DNA from: Escherichia coli
GTDB taxonomy: Bacteria; Pseudomonadota; Gammaproteobacteria; Enterobacterales; Enterobacteriaceae
Reading direction: 5' to 3' (one strand)
DNA length: 64,000 bases
Assembly: GCF_013315695.1 (NCBI RefSeq)
Contig: NZ_CP054353.1
The notes under the pieces are model-generated. The model was not told where the DNA came from. It saw nothing but the letters and a program-made list of their open reading frames with translations, and ran no database searches. Below are positions 1-14,819 of the stretch, piece by piece. Both the position numbers and the translations under genes were made by a program. Every line of letters begins with the position of its first letter. Within the stretch, counting starts at the first letter, position 1.

Positions 1-347
1 AAGCGAGAGTAGCCCTCTTCACCGCGCATGTACCAGGAGGCGTACATGTGGATCAGGAAACCCACACCTGTGACCACCGAGAGCATAGTCAGCGACAGGC
101 CGTCCAGCACCAGGTTAAAACCGATGTTAAAGTCGCCTACCGACATCCACGTCCACAGCGGCTGGCTGTATGCCTGCTCGCCGTTAGCGAAGAAGTCGAC
201 GCCAATAAAGGCAGTTACCAGCGCCGCCAGGCCTACAGAGCCAACGCCCACGATCGCCGAGACGTTTTCAGACCAGCGCCCACGGGAGAACGCCAGCAGG
301 ACGAAGCCAATCAATGGCAAAATAATGGTTAAGGCAAGCATGTTCAT
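1..347 (-). CDS. nuoL: NADH:quinone oxidoreductase subunit L, 5' (N-terminal) part only; gene runs off the left edge
   Basis: Reverse complement of 301-347 reads ATG AAC ATG CTT GCC TTA ACC ATT... = [15 protein letters not shown], the NuoL N-terminus; start overlaps nuoK stop; operon order. Confidence 0.85.
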
Positions 348-646
348 CCGCGCATCTCACTTACTGAATCGATGTTCAGGTTCTGGCGACGACGGTGAAG
401 TTGCAGCAGCAGCGCAAGGCCGATACTCGCTTCTGCCGCCGCGAGGCTGATAGCGAGAATGTACATCACCTGACCGTCGGTCTGGCCCCAGTAGCTTCCG
501 GCGACCACAAAGGCCAGCGCGGAGGCGTTAATCATGATTTCCAGACCAATCAGCATAAACAGCAGATTGCGACGGATAACCAGACCGGTTAAGCCAAGAA
601 CGAATAAGATTGCCGCGAGGATCAGTCCATGTTGTAAGGGGATCAT
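344..646 (-). CDS. nuoK: NADH:quinone oxidoreductase subunit K
   Basis: 100-aa hydrophobic [18 protein letters not shown]...; size and position in nuo operon. Confidence 0.95.
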
Positions 647-1197
647 GCGTGCTCCTCCGTTTTTCTTTTCGCGCTGTCGTCTTTACGATTGCTCAGCACT
701 TCACCCGCACGCTCTTCACGACCAACGTGGAAGGCCACAACCAGACCCGCGAGCAGCAGCATAGAAGCCAGTTCCACCGCCAGTACGTAAGGCCCGAACA
801 GCGTAATACCCACTGCTTTAGCACTGATTGGCGTACCGTCGATACCCTGATCATTAACACCAAGGATGGCGTAAACAATCACCACCAGCATGATGGCCGA
901 CAAAATTGCCGGACCAATCCACACCTGCGGTTTCAGCCACTGGCGTTCCTGTTCGATTTCTGAACCGCCCAGGTTGAGCATCATCACCACGAACACGAAC
1001 AGCACCATAATGGCACCCGCGTAGACGATAATTTCCAGCGCACCGGCGAAGTAAGCGCCCAGTGAGAAGAACACCCCAGAAATCGCCAGCAGCGAAATAA
1101 TCAGGTACAGCAGTGCGTGTACCGGATTGGTATGGGTGATCACTCGCAAGGTCGCAAGTATGGCTATCAGGCCACAGATATAAAAAGCGAACTCCAT
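643..1197 (-). CDS. nuoJ: NADH:quinone oxidoreductase subunit J
   Basis: 184-aa membrane ORF; 4-nt overlap with nuoK; operon order. Confidence 0.95.
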
Positions 1198-1208
1198 TGC
1201 CCCTCTCC

Positions 1209-1751
1209 TTACGGTAACAGGCTCTTGACGTCGATAGGCTTGGCTTCGTTCTCTGCTTCACCCTTATCTTTGCCGTCGATTGCCATACCTGCCATCCGGT
1301 AGAAGTTATATTCCGGGTATTTGCCCGGACCGGAGATCAGCAGATCCTCTTTCTCGTAAACCAGATCCTGGCGCTTGTATTCCCCCATTTCGAAATCCGG
1401 GGTTAACTGAATCGCCGTGGTCGGACAGGCTTCTTCGCACAGACCACAGAAAATGCAGCGTGAGAAGTTGATGCGGAAAAATTCCGGATACCAGCGACCG
1501 TCTTTGGTTTCTGCTTTTTGCAGCGAGATACAGCCGACCGGGCAGGCTACCGCGCAGAGGTTACAGGCTACGCAACGCTCTTCGCCGTCCGGATCGCGGG
1601 TCAGAACGATACGACCACGATAACGGGGCGGCAGATAGACCGGCTCTTCCGGGTACATTCGCGTTTCGCGTTTGGCGAACGCGTGCAGGCCGATCATCCA
1701 GATACTACGAACCTGGGTGCCGAAACCTACTAACAATTCTTTTAAGGTCAT
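1209..1751 (-). CDS. nuoI: NADH:quinone oxidoreductase subunit I (2x[4Fe-4S] ferredoxin-type)
   Basis: 180-aa ORF with two CxxCxxCxxxCP motifs ([24 protein letters not shown]). Confidence 0.95.
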
Positions 1752-1765
1752 GGTCTTATTGCCCC

Positions 1766-2743
1766 TTATTGCGCCTGCCAGAGAATGACAGCCGCCGTTA
1801 CCAGCAAGTTGATCAGCGTCAGCGGCAGGCAGATTTTCCAGCCGAAGGACATTACCTGGTCATAACGCGGACGCGGTAACGACGCACGAATCAAAATGAA
1901 CATCATCATAAAGAACGCGGTTTTCAGCGCGAACCAGATGAATGGCGGTAACAACGGGCCTTGCCAGCCACCGAAGAACAGCGTCACCATCAATGCAGAG
2001 ATGGTCACAATCCCGATGTACTCACCCACGAAGAACAGACCGAACTTCATGCCGGAATATTCAATGTGGTAACCATCCGCCAGTTCCTGCTCGGCTTCCG
2101 GCTGGTCAAACGGGTGACGGTGACACACCGCCACGCCCGCGATGGCAAAGGTAATAAAACCAAAGAATTGCGGGATGACGTTCCACACATGCGCCTGGCT
2201 GTTGACGATGTCGGTCATGTTGAATGAACCGGCCTGCGCCACCACGCCCATCAGGGAAAGCCCGAGGAACACTTCGTAGCTCAGAGTCTGCGCAGAAGCA
2301 CGCATCGCCCCCAGCAACGAGTATTTGTTGTTACTTGACCAGCCCGCAAACAGCACCGCGTAAACCGCCAGACCTGCCATCATCAGGAAGAACAAAATCC
2401 CGATGTTCAGGTCGGCAACCACCCAACCCGGACTGACTGGCACAATCGCAAAGGCCAGCAGCAGCGAGGTAAAGGCAATCATCGGTGCCAGGGTAAAGAT
2501 GACGCGATCCGAGAATTTCGGGATCCAGTCTTCTTTAAAGAACATTTTGATCATGTCCGCAACCAGCTGGAGCGAACCGCCCCAGCCAACACGGTTAGGT
2601 CCGTAACGGTTCTGGAACAGCCCCAGCAGGCGACGTTCGCCAAAGCTCATGAATGCCCCACAGGTGACAACCACCAGCAGGATAACCACCGCTTTGAGGA
2701 TGGTCAGCAGGATCTCAATCAGTTCCGGTGTTATCCAACTCAT
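1766..2743 (-). CDS. nuoH: NADH:quinone oxidoreductase subunit H
   Basis: 325-aa polytopic membrane ORF; operon order. Confidence 0.95.
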
Positions 2744-5466
2744 TGTTGTGCCTCCTTGAGATCCTCAAGATGCGCGCCAGCCAGCACCGGAGCAATGCCG
2801 GACATACCCATCGGCAAGCCCACCTGCCCTGCCGTCAGCCCTTCGGCGATTTCAACCGGCAGCGTGACCGTGTTGCCATCGTAACTAAAGGAGACGCGTG
2901 TACCTGCGTTCACACCCAACTTCGCGGCATCCGCTGGGTTGAGTTTAATGTACGGCTGCGGCATACGGCTCTGGAAGACCGGAGCACGCTGTGACAATTC
3001 ATCGCTGCCAAACAGGTGGTAGTACGGCGCGATACGCCATTTCCCGTCCTGCGGCTGGAAGCGTGCCGGTACGCTGGTGAAGTAATCCAGACCATTTTCG
3101 CTGATTTCAAACAGACGCACGCCCGGATCGCCAAAGCGCAGTTTGCCGCCCACTTCGTCCTGGAATTTGTTCCACGCCTGCGGGGAGTTCCAGCCCGGTG
3201 CCCAGGCAAACGGCACTTGCGAACGGTGCGCGGTCGGCTGGTTGTTACCTTCCATCGAGAAGGTGAACATGGTGTCAATATCCTGCGGCTGACGCGGCTC
3301 ATGAACGCTGATATTGGCGCGCATGGCGGTACGACCGCTGTAACGGTGCGGCTCACGGGCCAGTTTCTGCCCACGAATACGGAATGTCGCATCCGGCGCA
3401 GCATCTTTGATACCCGCCAGTTCCGGGATTTTCGCCACAACAGCGTCAATCACATGGTCGAGCTGCGTCCAGTCCACTTCACGGCTCAGCAGGGTGCTGT
3501 GCAGCGAGTGTAACCAACGCCAGCTTTCCAGCATGACAGTTTTGCTGTCGTAATAAGCCGGATCGTAAACCTGGAAGAAACGTTGGGCACGGCCTTCGTT
3601 GTTAATCACCGTACCGTCGCTTTCAGCAAAGCTGGCAGCAGAAAGTACCAGATGGGCGTTTTCCATAATCGCTGTGCGTTGATGGTCAACCACCATCACC
3701 AGCGGCGCTTTAGCCAGCGCAGCATTCACGCGGGTAGCAGAAGCGTGACGATGCAGATCGTTTTCCAACACCACCACCGCGTCGGCGCGTCCGGTTTCCA
3801 GTTCGGTTAACGCTTCTTCAAGCGAACCGCCACCCATAATGCCCAGCCCCATGCTGTTGACGGAACGGGCAATCATGGTGATACCAACGTCAGCGCCGCG
3901 ACCTTTCAGGGCTTTCGCGACGTTAGCCGCCGCCTGAATCACTTCAGCGCTACCAGCGTTCGTCCCGGAGATAATCAACGGTTTCTTCGCACCAGCCAGT
4001 GCCTGCACGATGACGTCGATTTTGCTTTGCAGCTCAGGTTCGATACCGTCAACCGCTGGCGCGGAGTTATCCAGCGCATGGGCGATGGCAAAACCTAAAC
4101 GCGCCTGATCTTCAACCGGTGCGCGGTAAGTCCACGCCGCGATATCATCCAGACGGGTGTCATCAACGTTGGTAACAAACAGCGGATGCTTCGCACGTTG
4201 ACCGATGTTGAGGATTGCCGCAATCTGCCAGTCAGCCACTTTCTGTGCTGCCGCCATTTCGCGTGCTTTACCTTTCACCGCCTGACGAACTGCCAGCGCG
4301 ACGCGCGCGCCGGTCTGGGTAACGTCTTCGCCCAGCACCAGTACCGCATCGTAAGATTCAATTTCGCGTAAGGCCGGAGTATAAATGCCGCCTTCGCGCA
4401 GAACTTTTAGCGCCAGTTGCAGACGTTCCTGCTCACCGTGAGCGATACCGGTATAGAAGTTTTCTTCGCCCACCAGCTCACGCAGCGCAAAGTTGCTTTC
4501 CACGCTGGCACGCGGAGAACCGATGCCGATGACTTTCTTCGACTGACGCAGAATATCTGCCGCGCCCTGCATTGCCTGTTCGGCATTGAGGGTAATGAAA
4601 TCATCGCCACGACGCTGTACTGGCTGACGCGGACGATCTTTCAGGTTGACGTAACCGTAACCGAAACGACCACGGTCGCAGAGGAAGTAGTGGTTTACTG
4701 TACCGTTGTAACGGTTTTCGATTCGACGCAGTTCGCCATAACGCTCGCCGGGGCTGATGTTACAGCCGATGGAACATTGCTGGCAGATGCTCGGTGCAAA
4801 CTGCATATCCCATTTACGGTTGTAACGCTCGGAGTGCGTTTTGTCGGTGAATACGCCGGTCGGGCAAATTTCGACCAGGTTACCGGAAAATTCGCTTTCC
4901 AGCGTGCCATCTTCCGGGCGACCGAAGTAGACGTTGTCGTGCGCACCGTAAACGCCCAGGTCCGTGCCGTCAGCGTAATCTTTGTAGTAACGCACGCAGC
5001 GGTAGCAGGCGATGCAGCGGTTCATTTCGTGAGAGATGAACGGCCCCAAATCCTGATTACGGTGGGTACGTTTGGTGAAACGGTAGCGACGGAAGCTGTG
5101 TCCGGTCATCACGGTCATATCCTGAAGATGGCAGTTACCGCCTTCTTCACATACCGGACAGTCGTGCGGATGGTTGGTCATCAACCACTCGACCACACTT
5201 TCACGGAACTGTTTCGCTTCTTCGTCGTCAATGGAAATAAAGGTGCCATCGGAAGCCGGTGTCATACAGGACATCACCAGGCGACCACGCGTGTCTTCCG
5301 CGTTTTGGTATTGCTTCACCGCACACTGGCGGCAAGCACCGACGCTTCCCAGCGCCGGATGCCAGCAAAAGTAAGGAATATCAAGGCCCAGAGACAGACA
5401 AGCTTCCAGCAAGTTGTCCGCTCCGTTAACCTCGTATTCTTTGCCGTCTACATGAATTGTAGCCAT
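2740..5466 (-). CDS. nuoG: NADH:quinone oxidoreductase subunit G (Fe-S/molybdopterin-like)
   Basis: ~908-aa [27 protein letters not shown]... with N-terminal Cys clusters; ORF track gives a start 2 codons upstream (MLMATIHV). Confidence 0.93.
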   Translation of the reverse strand: MATIHVDGKEYEVNGADNLLEACLSLGLDIPYFCWHPALGSVGACRQCAVKQYQNAEDTRGRLVMSCMTPASDGTFISIDDEEAKQFRESVVEWLMTNHPHDCPVCEEGGNCHLQDMTVMTGHSFRRYRFTKRTHRNQDLGPFISHEMNRCIACYRCVRYYKDYADGTDLGVYGAHDNVYFGRPEDGTLESEFSGNLVEICPTGVFTDKTHSERYNRKWDMQFAPSICQQCSIGCNISPGERYGELRRIENRYNGTVNHYFLCDRGRFGYGYVNLKDRPRQPVQRRGDDFITLNAEQAMQGAADILRQSKKVIGIGSPRASVESNFALRELVGEENFYTGIAHGEQERLQLALKVLREGGIYTPALREIESYDAVLVLGEDVTQTGARVALAVRQAVKGKAREMAAAQKVADWQIAAILNIGQRAKHPLFVTNVDDTRLDDIAAWTYRAPVEDQARLGFAIAHALDNSAPAVDGIEPELQSKIDVIVQALAGAKKPLIISGTNAGSAEVIQAAANVAKALKGRGADVGITMIARSVNSMGLGIMGGGSLEEALTELETGRADAVVVLENDLHRHASATRVNAALAKAPLVMVVDHQRTAIMENAHLVLSAASFAESDGTVINNEGRAQRFFQVYDPAYYDSKTVMLESWRWLHSLHSTLLSREVDWTQLDHVIDAVVAKIPELAGIKDAAPDATFRIRGQKLAREPHRYSGRTAMRANISVHEPRQPQDIDTMFTFSMEGNNQPTAHRSQVPFAWAPGWNSPQAWNKFQDEVGGKLRFGDPGVRLFEISENGLDYFTSVPARFQPQDGKWRIAPYYHLFGSDELSQRAPVFQSRMPQPYIKLNPADAAKLGVNAGTRVSFSYDGNTVTLPVEIAEGLTAGQVGLPMGMSGIAPVLAGAHLEDLKEAQQ

Positions 5467-5518
5467 TAGCATGCTTCCAGTTTTCTCAGTCAGAGACTGA
5501 GCGTTAATCGAAATTCGG

Positions 5519-6856
5519 TTACCAGCGCTCTTTCAGCAGGTTCGGCTGAATCCCATTAATCAAATGGGTATTGCTGAACGGCTGTTTAATTCCCGCCTCA
5601 AATTCTTCGCGGAAATATTTGATGGCGCTCTGTAACGGCTCCACTGCACCAGGTGCGTGGGCACAGAAAGTTTTACCCGGACCTAAGAATCGACACAGTT
5701 GCTCAAGTGTTTCGATATCGCCCGGCTGACCTTCGCCACGCTCCAGCGCACGCAGAATTTTCACGCTCCACGGCAGACCGTCGCGGCACGGCGTACACCA
5801 GCCGCAGGACTCACGGGCGAAAAACTCTTCCAGGTTACGCACCAGCGACACCATGTTGATCTCATGGTCAACCGCCATCGCCAGCGCCGTACCCAGACGG
5901 CTTCCCGCTTTACCGATACTTTCGAATTCCATCGGCAGGTCAAGGTGCGCTTCAGTCAGGAAGTCAGTACCAGCACCGCCTGGCTGCCAGGCTTTGAATT
6001 TCAGACCGTCACGCATACCACCGGCGTAATCTTCGAGGATCTCGCGTGCGGTGGTGCCGAACGGCAGTTCCCACAGGCCCGGATTTTTCACCCGACCGGA
6101 GAAGCCCATCAGCTTGGTGCCAGCATCTTTACTTTTCGAGATGTTCTGATACCACTCCACACCGTTAGCAAGGATCGCCGGAACGTTACACAGGGTTTCG
6201 ACGTTATTGACACAGGTCGGTTTGCCCCATGCACCGGAGGTTGCCGGGAAGGGGGGCTTCGAGCGCGGGTTAGCGCGACGCCCTTCCAGGGAATTGATTA
6301 ACGCTGTTTCTTCGCCGCAGATGTAGCGCCCTGCCCCGGTATGGACGAACAGTTCGAAATCGAAACCTGTTCCCATAATGTTTTTGCCAAGCAAGCCCGC
6401 TTCAGTCGCTTCGGCAATGGCGCGGCGCAGATTCACTGCCGCTTCGATATACTCGCCACGCAGGAAGATGTAGCCACGGTACGCTTTCAGGGCAAACGCG
6501 GAGATGAGCATACCTTCCACCAGCAGGTGCGGCAGTTGCTCCATCAACAGACGGTCTTTATAGGTGCCCGGCTCCATTTCATCGGCGTTACACAGCAGGT
6601 AACGGATGTTCATGGATTCGTCTTTCGGCATCAGGCTCCACTTCAGACCAGTCGAAAAGCCCGCGCCGCCGCGCCCTTTCAGACCAGCGTCTTTTACCTG
6701 ATTAACGATTTCGTCCGGAGACAGCCCGGTCAGCGCCTTACGCGCGCCTTCGTAACCGTTTTTGCTGCGATATTCGTCCAGCCACACTGGCTGTTTGTCA
6801 TCGCGCAGACGCCAGGTCAGCGGATGCGTTTCGGGAGTACGGATAATGTTTTTCAT
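5519..6856 (-). CDS. nuoF: NADH:quinone oxidoreductase subunit F (NADH/FMN-binding)
   Basis: 445-aa [23 protein letters not shown]...; Gly-rich nucleotide-binding motifs; 4-nt overlap with nuoE. Confidence 0.95.
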   Translation of the reverse strand: MKNIIRTPETHPLTWRLRDDKQPVWLDEYRSKNGYEGARKALTGLSPDEIVNQVKDAGLKGRGGAGFSTGLKWSLMPKDESMNIRYLLCNADEMEPGTYKDRLLMEQLPHLLVEGMLISAFALKAYRGYIFLRGEYIEAAVNLRRAIAEATEAGLLGKNIMGTGFDFELFVHTGAGRYICGEETALINSLEGRRANPRSKPPFPATSGAWGKPTCVNNVETLCNVPAILANGVEWYQNISKSKDAGTKLMGFSGRVKNPGLWELPFGTTAREILEDYAGGMRDGLKFKAWQPGGAGTDFLTEAHLDLPMEFESIGKAGSRLGTALAMAVDHEINMVSLVRNLEEFFARESCGWCTPCRDGLPWSVKILRALERGEGQPGDIETLEQLCRFLGPGKTFCAHAPGAVEPLQSAIKYFREEFEAGIKQPFSNTHLINGIQPNLLKERW

Positions 6857-7353
6857 TTATACCGCTCCAGCAGTTCAGGGATCGCTTCCGGGGTCAGATG
6901 TGCGTGAGTATCCTCATCGATCATCATGTTTGGCCCTTTATCACAGTTCCCCAGGCAGCAAGTTGGCAGCAGCGTAAAGCGACCGTCAAATGTCGTTTGT
7001 CCTGGTTTGATGTTCAGCTTTTTCTCGAGCGCCGCCTGGATGCCCTGGTAACCGTTGATATGACAGACCACGCTGTCGCAATAACGGATCACATGGCGGC
7101 CAACCGGCTGGCGGAAGATCTGGCTATAAAACGTTGCCACACCTTCGACGTCGCTCGCCGGAATACCCAGCACATCGGCGATCGCGTGGATCGCGCCATC
7201 CGGCACCCAGCCACGCTGCTTCTGAACGATTTTCAGAGCTTCAATGGACGCCGCACGCGGGTCTTCGTAGTGGTGCATCTCGTGCTCAATCGCTTCACGC
7301 TCTGCCGCACTCAGCTCAAAAGCCTCGGTTTGTGGTTGTTGATTCTCGTGCAT
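6853..7353 (-). CDS. nuoE: NADH:quinone oxidoreductase subunit E
   Basis: 166-aa [18 protein letters not shown]...; operon order. Confidence 0.95.
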
Positions 7354-7355
7354 AA

Positions 7356-9158
7356 TTAGCGGTCCACATCTGACATAACAAAATCGATACTGCCCAGATA
7401 AACAATCAGGTCAGACACCAGGCTGCCGCGGATCGCCGCCGGAATTTGCTGCAAATGCGCATAACTCGGCGTACGGATACGGGTGCGATAACTCATGGTG
7501 CTACCGTCGCTGGTCAGGTAGTAACTGTTGATCCCCTTGGTCGCCTCAATCATCTGGAAGGATTCATTGGCAGGCATCACCGGCCCCCACGACACTTGCA
7601 GGAAGTGGGTGATCAGGGTTTCGATATGTTGCAGCGTGCGCTCTTTCGGTGGCGGCGTGGTCAGCGGGTGATCTGCTTTGAACGGGCCTTCCGGCATGTT
7701 GTTGAGGCACTGCTCAAGAATGCGCAGACTCTGGCGCAGCTCTTCCACTTTAAGCATTACGCGGGTGTAGCAGTCAGAAACACCACCACCCACCGGGATT
7801 TCAAAGTCGAAGTTTTCATAGCCAGAATACGGACGCGCCTTACGCACGTCGAAGTCGATCCCGGTAGCACGCAGGCCCGCGCCAGTGGTGCCCCACTCCA
7901 GTGCCTCTTTCGCGCCATAGGCGGCAACGCCCTGGGAACGACCTTTCAGAATGGTATTTTGCAGCGCCGCTTTCTCGTAAGACGCCAGACGTTTCGGCAT
8001 CCAGTCGAGGAACTCACGCAGCAGGCGATCCCAGCCGCGCGGCAGGTCGTGCGCTACGCCGCCAATACGGAACCACGCCGGGTGCATACGAAAACCCGTG
8101 ATTGCTTCCACCAGATCGTAAATTTTCTGACGATCGGTAAAGGCGAAGAACACTGGCGTCATCGCGCCGACGTCCTGAATAAAGGTGGAGATATACAGCA
8201 GATGGCTGTTGATGCGGAACAGCTCAGAAAGCATTACGCGAATGACGTTAACGCGATCCGGCACGGTGATCCCGGCCAGTTTCTCTACAGCCAGCACGTA
8301 AGGCATTTCGTTAACGCAGCCGCCGAGGTATTCGATACGGTCAGTATACGGAATGTAGCTGTGCCAGGACTGGCGTTCGCCCATTTTCTCCGCACCACGG
8401 TGGTGGTAGCCGATGTCTGGTACGCAGTCGACAATCTCTTCGCCATCGAGCTGCAAAACGATACGGAAAGCACCGTGCGCAGACGGGTGGTTCGGACCGA
8501 GGTTGAGGAACATGAAGTCCTCGTTTTCGGTGCCGCGCTTCATCCCCCACTCTTCAGGTTTGAAGGTCAGGGCTTCCATCTCCAGATCCTGTTTGGCTTT
8601 GGTCAGCTCAAACGGCGAGAATTCGGTAGCGCGCGCCGGGTAATCTTTACGCAGCGGATGACCTTTCCAGGTTTGCGGCATCATGATGCGGCGCAAATTA
8701 GGATGACCGTCGAAAGTAATGCCAAACAGATCCCAGGTTTCACGCTCATACCAGTTAGCGTTCGGGAACAGTTTGGTGAAGGTCGGTACGTGCAGGTCGT
8801 TTTCTGCCAGCGCCACCTTCAGCATGATGTCGCGGTTACGATCGATAGAAATCAGATGGTAGAAAACGGAAAAATCCGCGGCAGGTAATCCTTCGCGGTG
8901 TGTGCGCAGACGTTCGTCCATGCCGTGTAAGTCAAACAGCATGACGTAAGGTTTCGGCAGTTTCTTTAAGAAATCGCCAACTTCCAGTAATTGTTCACGC
9001 TTGATCCACACAACGGGAACCCCGGTGCGAGTCGCCTGAACAGTAAAGGCATCCGGCCCAAAACGGTTGCGCAGTTCGCCAATCACCGGATCATCAAGAT
9101 GATCGCGGGTCTGCCAGGCGGGTTCTTGCGCGGTTAAGTCGGTCATATTGTTCACCAT
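7356..9158 (-). CDS. nuoC: NADH:quinone oxidoreductase fused subunit C/D
   Basis: 600-aa ORF, single fused NuoC+NuoD as known for E. coli; exact start (MVNNMTDL vs MTDL) uncertain. Confidence 0.93.
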
Positions 9159-9251
9159 TGCAAATGGTCCGTGGTGACTGTCGGCGCAGTAAGCTTCGCG
9201 AAATAGATTTAGGAATAAGCGAAGAAAAATCCCTTTGCCGACAGGCGCAAA

Positions 9252-9914
9252 TTAAATCTCGTCAGGTGTACGCAGGTTGGTTACGGCAATGCGTTCACCG
9301 CGCTTGCGTTCGCGCTCTGATTGCATATTGGCGCGATAAACGCCCTGATCGCCAACCACCCAGGAGAGCGGACGACGTTCTTTGCCGATAGATTCCTGCA
9401 ACAGCATCAGTGCCTGCATGTACGCTTCAGGACGCGGCGGGCAGCCCGGGATATACACATCAACCGGGATGAATTTATCAACGCCCTGCACAACGGAATA
9501 AATATCGTACATACCGCCAGAGTTGGCACAGGCACCCATTGAGATAACCCATTTGGGTTCCAGCATCTGGTCATACAGACGCTGAATAACCGGTGCCATT
9601 TTGGTAAAGCAGGTTCCTGCCACCACCATCAGGTCAGCCTGACGCGGCGAAGCACGCAATACTTCTGCGCCAAAACGCGCCACGTCATGCACCGCGGTAA
9701 ACGAAGTCACCATCTCAACGTAACAGCAGGAAAGACCGAAGTTATACGGCCAAATTGAGTTTTTACGACCCCAGTTAACCATGTCATTGAGCTTGCCCAT
9801 AAACACGTTTTTGTTAACTTCTTGCTCCAGAGGGTCGGTTACGATCTCCTGCTTTTGCAGGGGGTAACGGTCGTTCTCACCGTTGGGATCTATGCGGGTG
9901 AGCGTATAATCCAT
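9252..9914 (-). CDS. nuoB: NADH:quinone oxidoreductase subunit B
   Basis: 220-aa [18 protein letters not shown]... with CCxxE/GCPP Fe-S cluster motifs. Confidence 0.95.
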
Positions 9915-9929
9915 CTTAATGCCTCGCGG

Positions 9930-10373
9930 TTAGCGTTGACGATTAGCGATACTGTTCGTTTCCGGGTTCATACGCTCGCGGCGTGAACGCGCGGGCGTCC
10001 AGTCCAGCGCGCCAATACGCACCAGATAAACCAGACCTGCCAGTAACACAAAAATAAAAATTGCAGCTTCCACAAAGCCTACCCAGCCGCTTTCGCGGAT
10101 AGAGGTTGACCATGCGAACAGATACAGCGCTTCAACGTCGAAGATAACGAAGAACATGGCCACCAGATAAAACTTGGCGGACAGGCGTAAGCGGGCGGAG
10201 CCGACCGAGTCGATACCGGATTCAAACGGAACGTTTTTCGACCTTGCGCGTGCGCGACCGCCTAAAAACCAACCGCCTACCAGCATCAGGCAACACAGGC
10301 CAATGGCAACGATAAGAAAGATAGCGAATGCCCAGTGATGAGCGATGACTTCAGTGGATGTTGACATACTCAT
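9930..10373 (-). CDS. nuoA: NADH:quinone oxidoreductase subunit A
   Basis: 147-aa membrane [23 protein letters not shown]...; first gene of operon. Confidence 0.95.
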
Positions 10374-10860
10374 TGCTTACTCATCAAAAGTAGCGCCAGA
10401 TTCACTGCTCTTCACGGCAGATGGACGCCACATCGATTCATGGGGAGGAATAAAAAAAACCTTACAATCACTGTAGAAATTCTTTTATACAGCTAATTGA
10501 TGTGGTCTTTTACTCCTTTCTATAACCTTTTGTCAACTTTAACAAAAGTTTCTTCACATTAGTTTACATAATATCAACACCATTAGCATTTAATGCCCTT
10601 TCACCCCAGATCCTTGACGACTCCAGGATAATTAGATGTTGTTGAATCGTGTCCGTTGTGAAGCAATGGAAAAAATACGGGTCTATTTTGACAGGAATTT
10701 GTGTCGATTCCTCCCCCCAAAAGAGAGTATTTTCTTGATCTGTGACACGCTTTTGTCATTCCATAACAAAAACGCAGCAACAAATTTACGTATTTTTTAA
10801 CATCATTGTAGCAGGTGATTTTTTTCAGGCGATTATTTGTGCGTTCAGGACGTGAATCTC
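10374..10860 (-). promoter_or_regulatory. nuo operon promoter / upstream regulatory region (AT-rich, A-tracts)
   Basis: ~490-bp non-coding AT-rich region immediately upstream of nuoA; the nuo promoter region is known to be long and multiply regulated; individual sites not mapped here. Confidence 0.6.
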
Positions 10861-10918
10861 TGGTGATTGAAAAATGAACAGTTTTGTGCGTTCTGCACGA
10901 TACGAGGAAGGCTTTTTA

Positions 10919-10967
10919 CTAAAAAAAAGCCGCTGGGGTTTAAAATCCCTCCAGCGGCTCGTTTTTA
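10919..10967 (-). terminator. Intrinsic terminator downstream of lrhA (hairpin flanked by A/T runs; potentially bidirectional)
   Basis: aaaaaaaa-GCCGCTGG...CCAGCGGC-tcgttttt; on minus strand the hairpin is followed by a run of 8 T. Confidence 0.7.
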
Positions 10968-11002
10968 CACTATTGTTCCAGGAATTATCTATCGTCCGTC
11001 GA

Positions 11003-12860
<1,858 letters not shown>

Positions 12861-14078
12861 ATGTCCCCCATTGAAAAATCCAGCAAATTAGAGAATGTCT
12901 GTTACGACATCCGTGGTCCGGTGCTGAAAGAAGCAAAACGCCTGGAAGAAGAAGGTAACAAGGTACTGAAACTGAACATCGGCAACCCTGCCCCGTTCGG
13001 TTTTGACGCGCCAGATGAAATCCTCGTTGACGTGATTCGCAACCTGCCTACCGCTCAAGGGTATTGCGATTCCAAAGGGCTTTACTCCGCGCGTAAAGCC
13101 ATCATGCAGCACTACCAGGCTCGTGGCATGCGTGATGTTACCGTGGAAGATATTTACATCGGCAATGGTGTATCGGAGCTTATCGTTCAGGCAATGCAGG
13201 CATTGCTGAACAGCGGGGACGAAATGTTGGTTCCTGCACCTGATTACCCACTATGGACCGCGGCGGTTTCGCTCTCCAGCGGTAAAGCGGTGCATTATCT
13301 TTGCGATGAATCCTCTGACTGGTTCCCGGACCTTGATGATATTCGCGCTAAAATTACGCCTCGTACGCGTGGGATCGTTATTATCAACCCAAATAACCCA
13401 ACCGGCGCGGTATATTCCAAAGAGCTTTTAATGGAGATAGTGGAGATTGCACGTCAGCATAATCTCATTATCTTCGCCGATGAAATTTATGACAAAATTC
13501 TCTACGACGACGCTGAGCATCACTCAATTGCGCCGCTGGCACCTGATCTGCTGACCATTACCTTTAACGGACTGTCGAAAACGTACCGCGTTGCTGGCTT
13601 CCGTCAGGGGTGGATGGTGTTGAACGGGCCGAAAAAACACGCCAAAGGTTACATCGAAGGTCTGGAAATGCTGGCTTCAATGCGCCTGTGTGCTAACGTT
13701 CCTGCGCAACACGCCATTCAGACCGCGCTGGGCGGTTATCAGAGCATCAGTGAATTTATTACCCCTGGCGGTCGTCTTTATGAGCAGCGTAACCGCGCAT
13801 GGGAATTGATCAATGATATTCCGGGCGTTTCCTGCGTGAAACCGCGCGGTGCGCTGTACATGTTCCCGAAAATCGACGCCAAACGCTTTAACATTCACGA
13901 CGATCAGAAAATGGTGCTGGATTTCCTGTTGCAGGAAAAAGTTCTGTTGGTGCAAGGGACGGCATTCAACTGGCCGTGGCCGGATCACTTCCGCATTGTC
14001 ACGCTACCGCGTGTCGATGATATCGAGCTGTCTTTGAGCAAGTTCGCGCGTTTCCTTTCTGGTTATCATCAGCTGTAA
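12861..14078 (+). CDS. alaA: Glutamate-pyruvate aminotransferase AlaA (YfbQ), PLP-dependent
   Basis: 405-aa ORF MSPIEKSSKLENVCYDIRGPVLKEAKRLEEEGNKVLKLNIGNP...; class I aminotransferase features. Confidence 0.93.
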   Translation: MSPIEKSSKLENVCYDIRGPVLKEAKRLEEEGNKVLKLNIGNPAPFGFDAPDEILVDVIRNLPTAQGYCDSKGLYSARKAIMQHYQARGMRDVTVEDIYIGNGVSELIVQAMQALLNSGDEMLVPAPDYPLWTAAVSLSSGKAVHYLCDESSDWFPDLDDIRAKITPRTRGIVIINPNNPTGAVYSKELLMEIVEIARQHNLIIFADEIYDKILYDDAEHHSIAPLAPDLLTITFNGLSKTYRVAGFRQGWMVLNGPKKHAKGYIEGLEMLASMRLCANVPAQHAIQTALGGYQSISEFITPGGRLYEQRNRAWELINDIPGVSCVKPRGALYMFPKIDAKRFNIHDDQKMVLDFLLQEKVLLVQGTAFNWPWPDHFRIVTLPRVDDIELSLSKFARFLSGYHQL

Positions 14079-14161
14079 TCTTAATTTCACTGCCGGAGAT
14101 TGCATCCGGCAGTGTTATCCCGCCACAATGACCTGATGATGTCATCATACGTAAGGTCACT

Positions 14162-14761
14162 ATGAAACAGAGCCATTTTTTTGCCCATCTCTCCCGCCTG
14201 AAACTCATTAACCGCTGGCCGCTAATGCGCAACGTGCGGACGGAAAATGTGTCCGAACACAGTTTGCAGGTAGCGATGGTCGCCCATGCGCTGGCTGCTA
14301 TCAAAAATCGGAAATTTGGCGGTAATGTCAACGCCGAACGTATCGCTTTACTGGCGATGTACCACGATGCCTCAGAAGTGCTCACCGGCGATCTCCCTAC
14401 TCCGGTGAAATACTTCAATTCGCAAATCGCTCAGGAGTACAAGGCGATTGAAAAAATCGCTCAGCAAAAACTGGTCGATATGGTTCCGGAAGAGCTGCGG
14501 GATATCTTTGCGCCGTTAATTGACGAGCATGCATATAGCGATGAAGAAAAATCGCTGGTGAAACAGGCGGATGCACTGTGTGCATATCTGAAATGTCTGG
14601 AGGAACTCGCGGCGGGAAATAATGAATTCTTGCTGGCAAAAACGCGACTGGAAGCGACGCTTGAAGCGCGCCGCAGCCAGGAGATGGACTACTTCATGGA
14701 AGTCTTTGTTCCCAGCTTCCATCTTTCGCTCGATGAGATTAGCCAGGATTCACCGCTGTAA
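14162..14761 (+). CDS. yfbR: 5'-deoxynucleotidase YfbR (HD domain)
   Basis: 199-aa ORF with HD-domain motifs ([26 protein letters not shown]). Confidence 0.92.
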
Positions 14762-14819
14762 GCAGCCGGAGTCTGCGTCGCATCAGGCAATAAGCGCCGG
14801 ATGCGACATCAGCCTCTTG

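Noticed and set aside
4417-5469. 350-aa plus-strand ORF antisense to nuoG; 480-aa ORF (7446-8888) antisense to nuoCD; 200-aa ORF (5699-6301) antisense to nuoF
   Set aside because: Same reasoning: antisense shadows of well-conserved nuo genes, with no ribosome-binding sequence context or recognisable domains.
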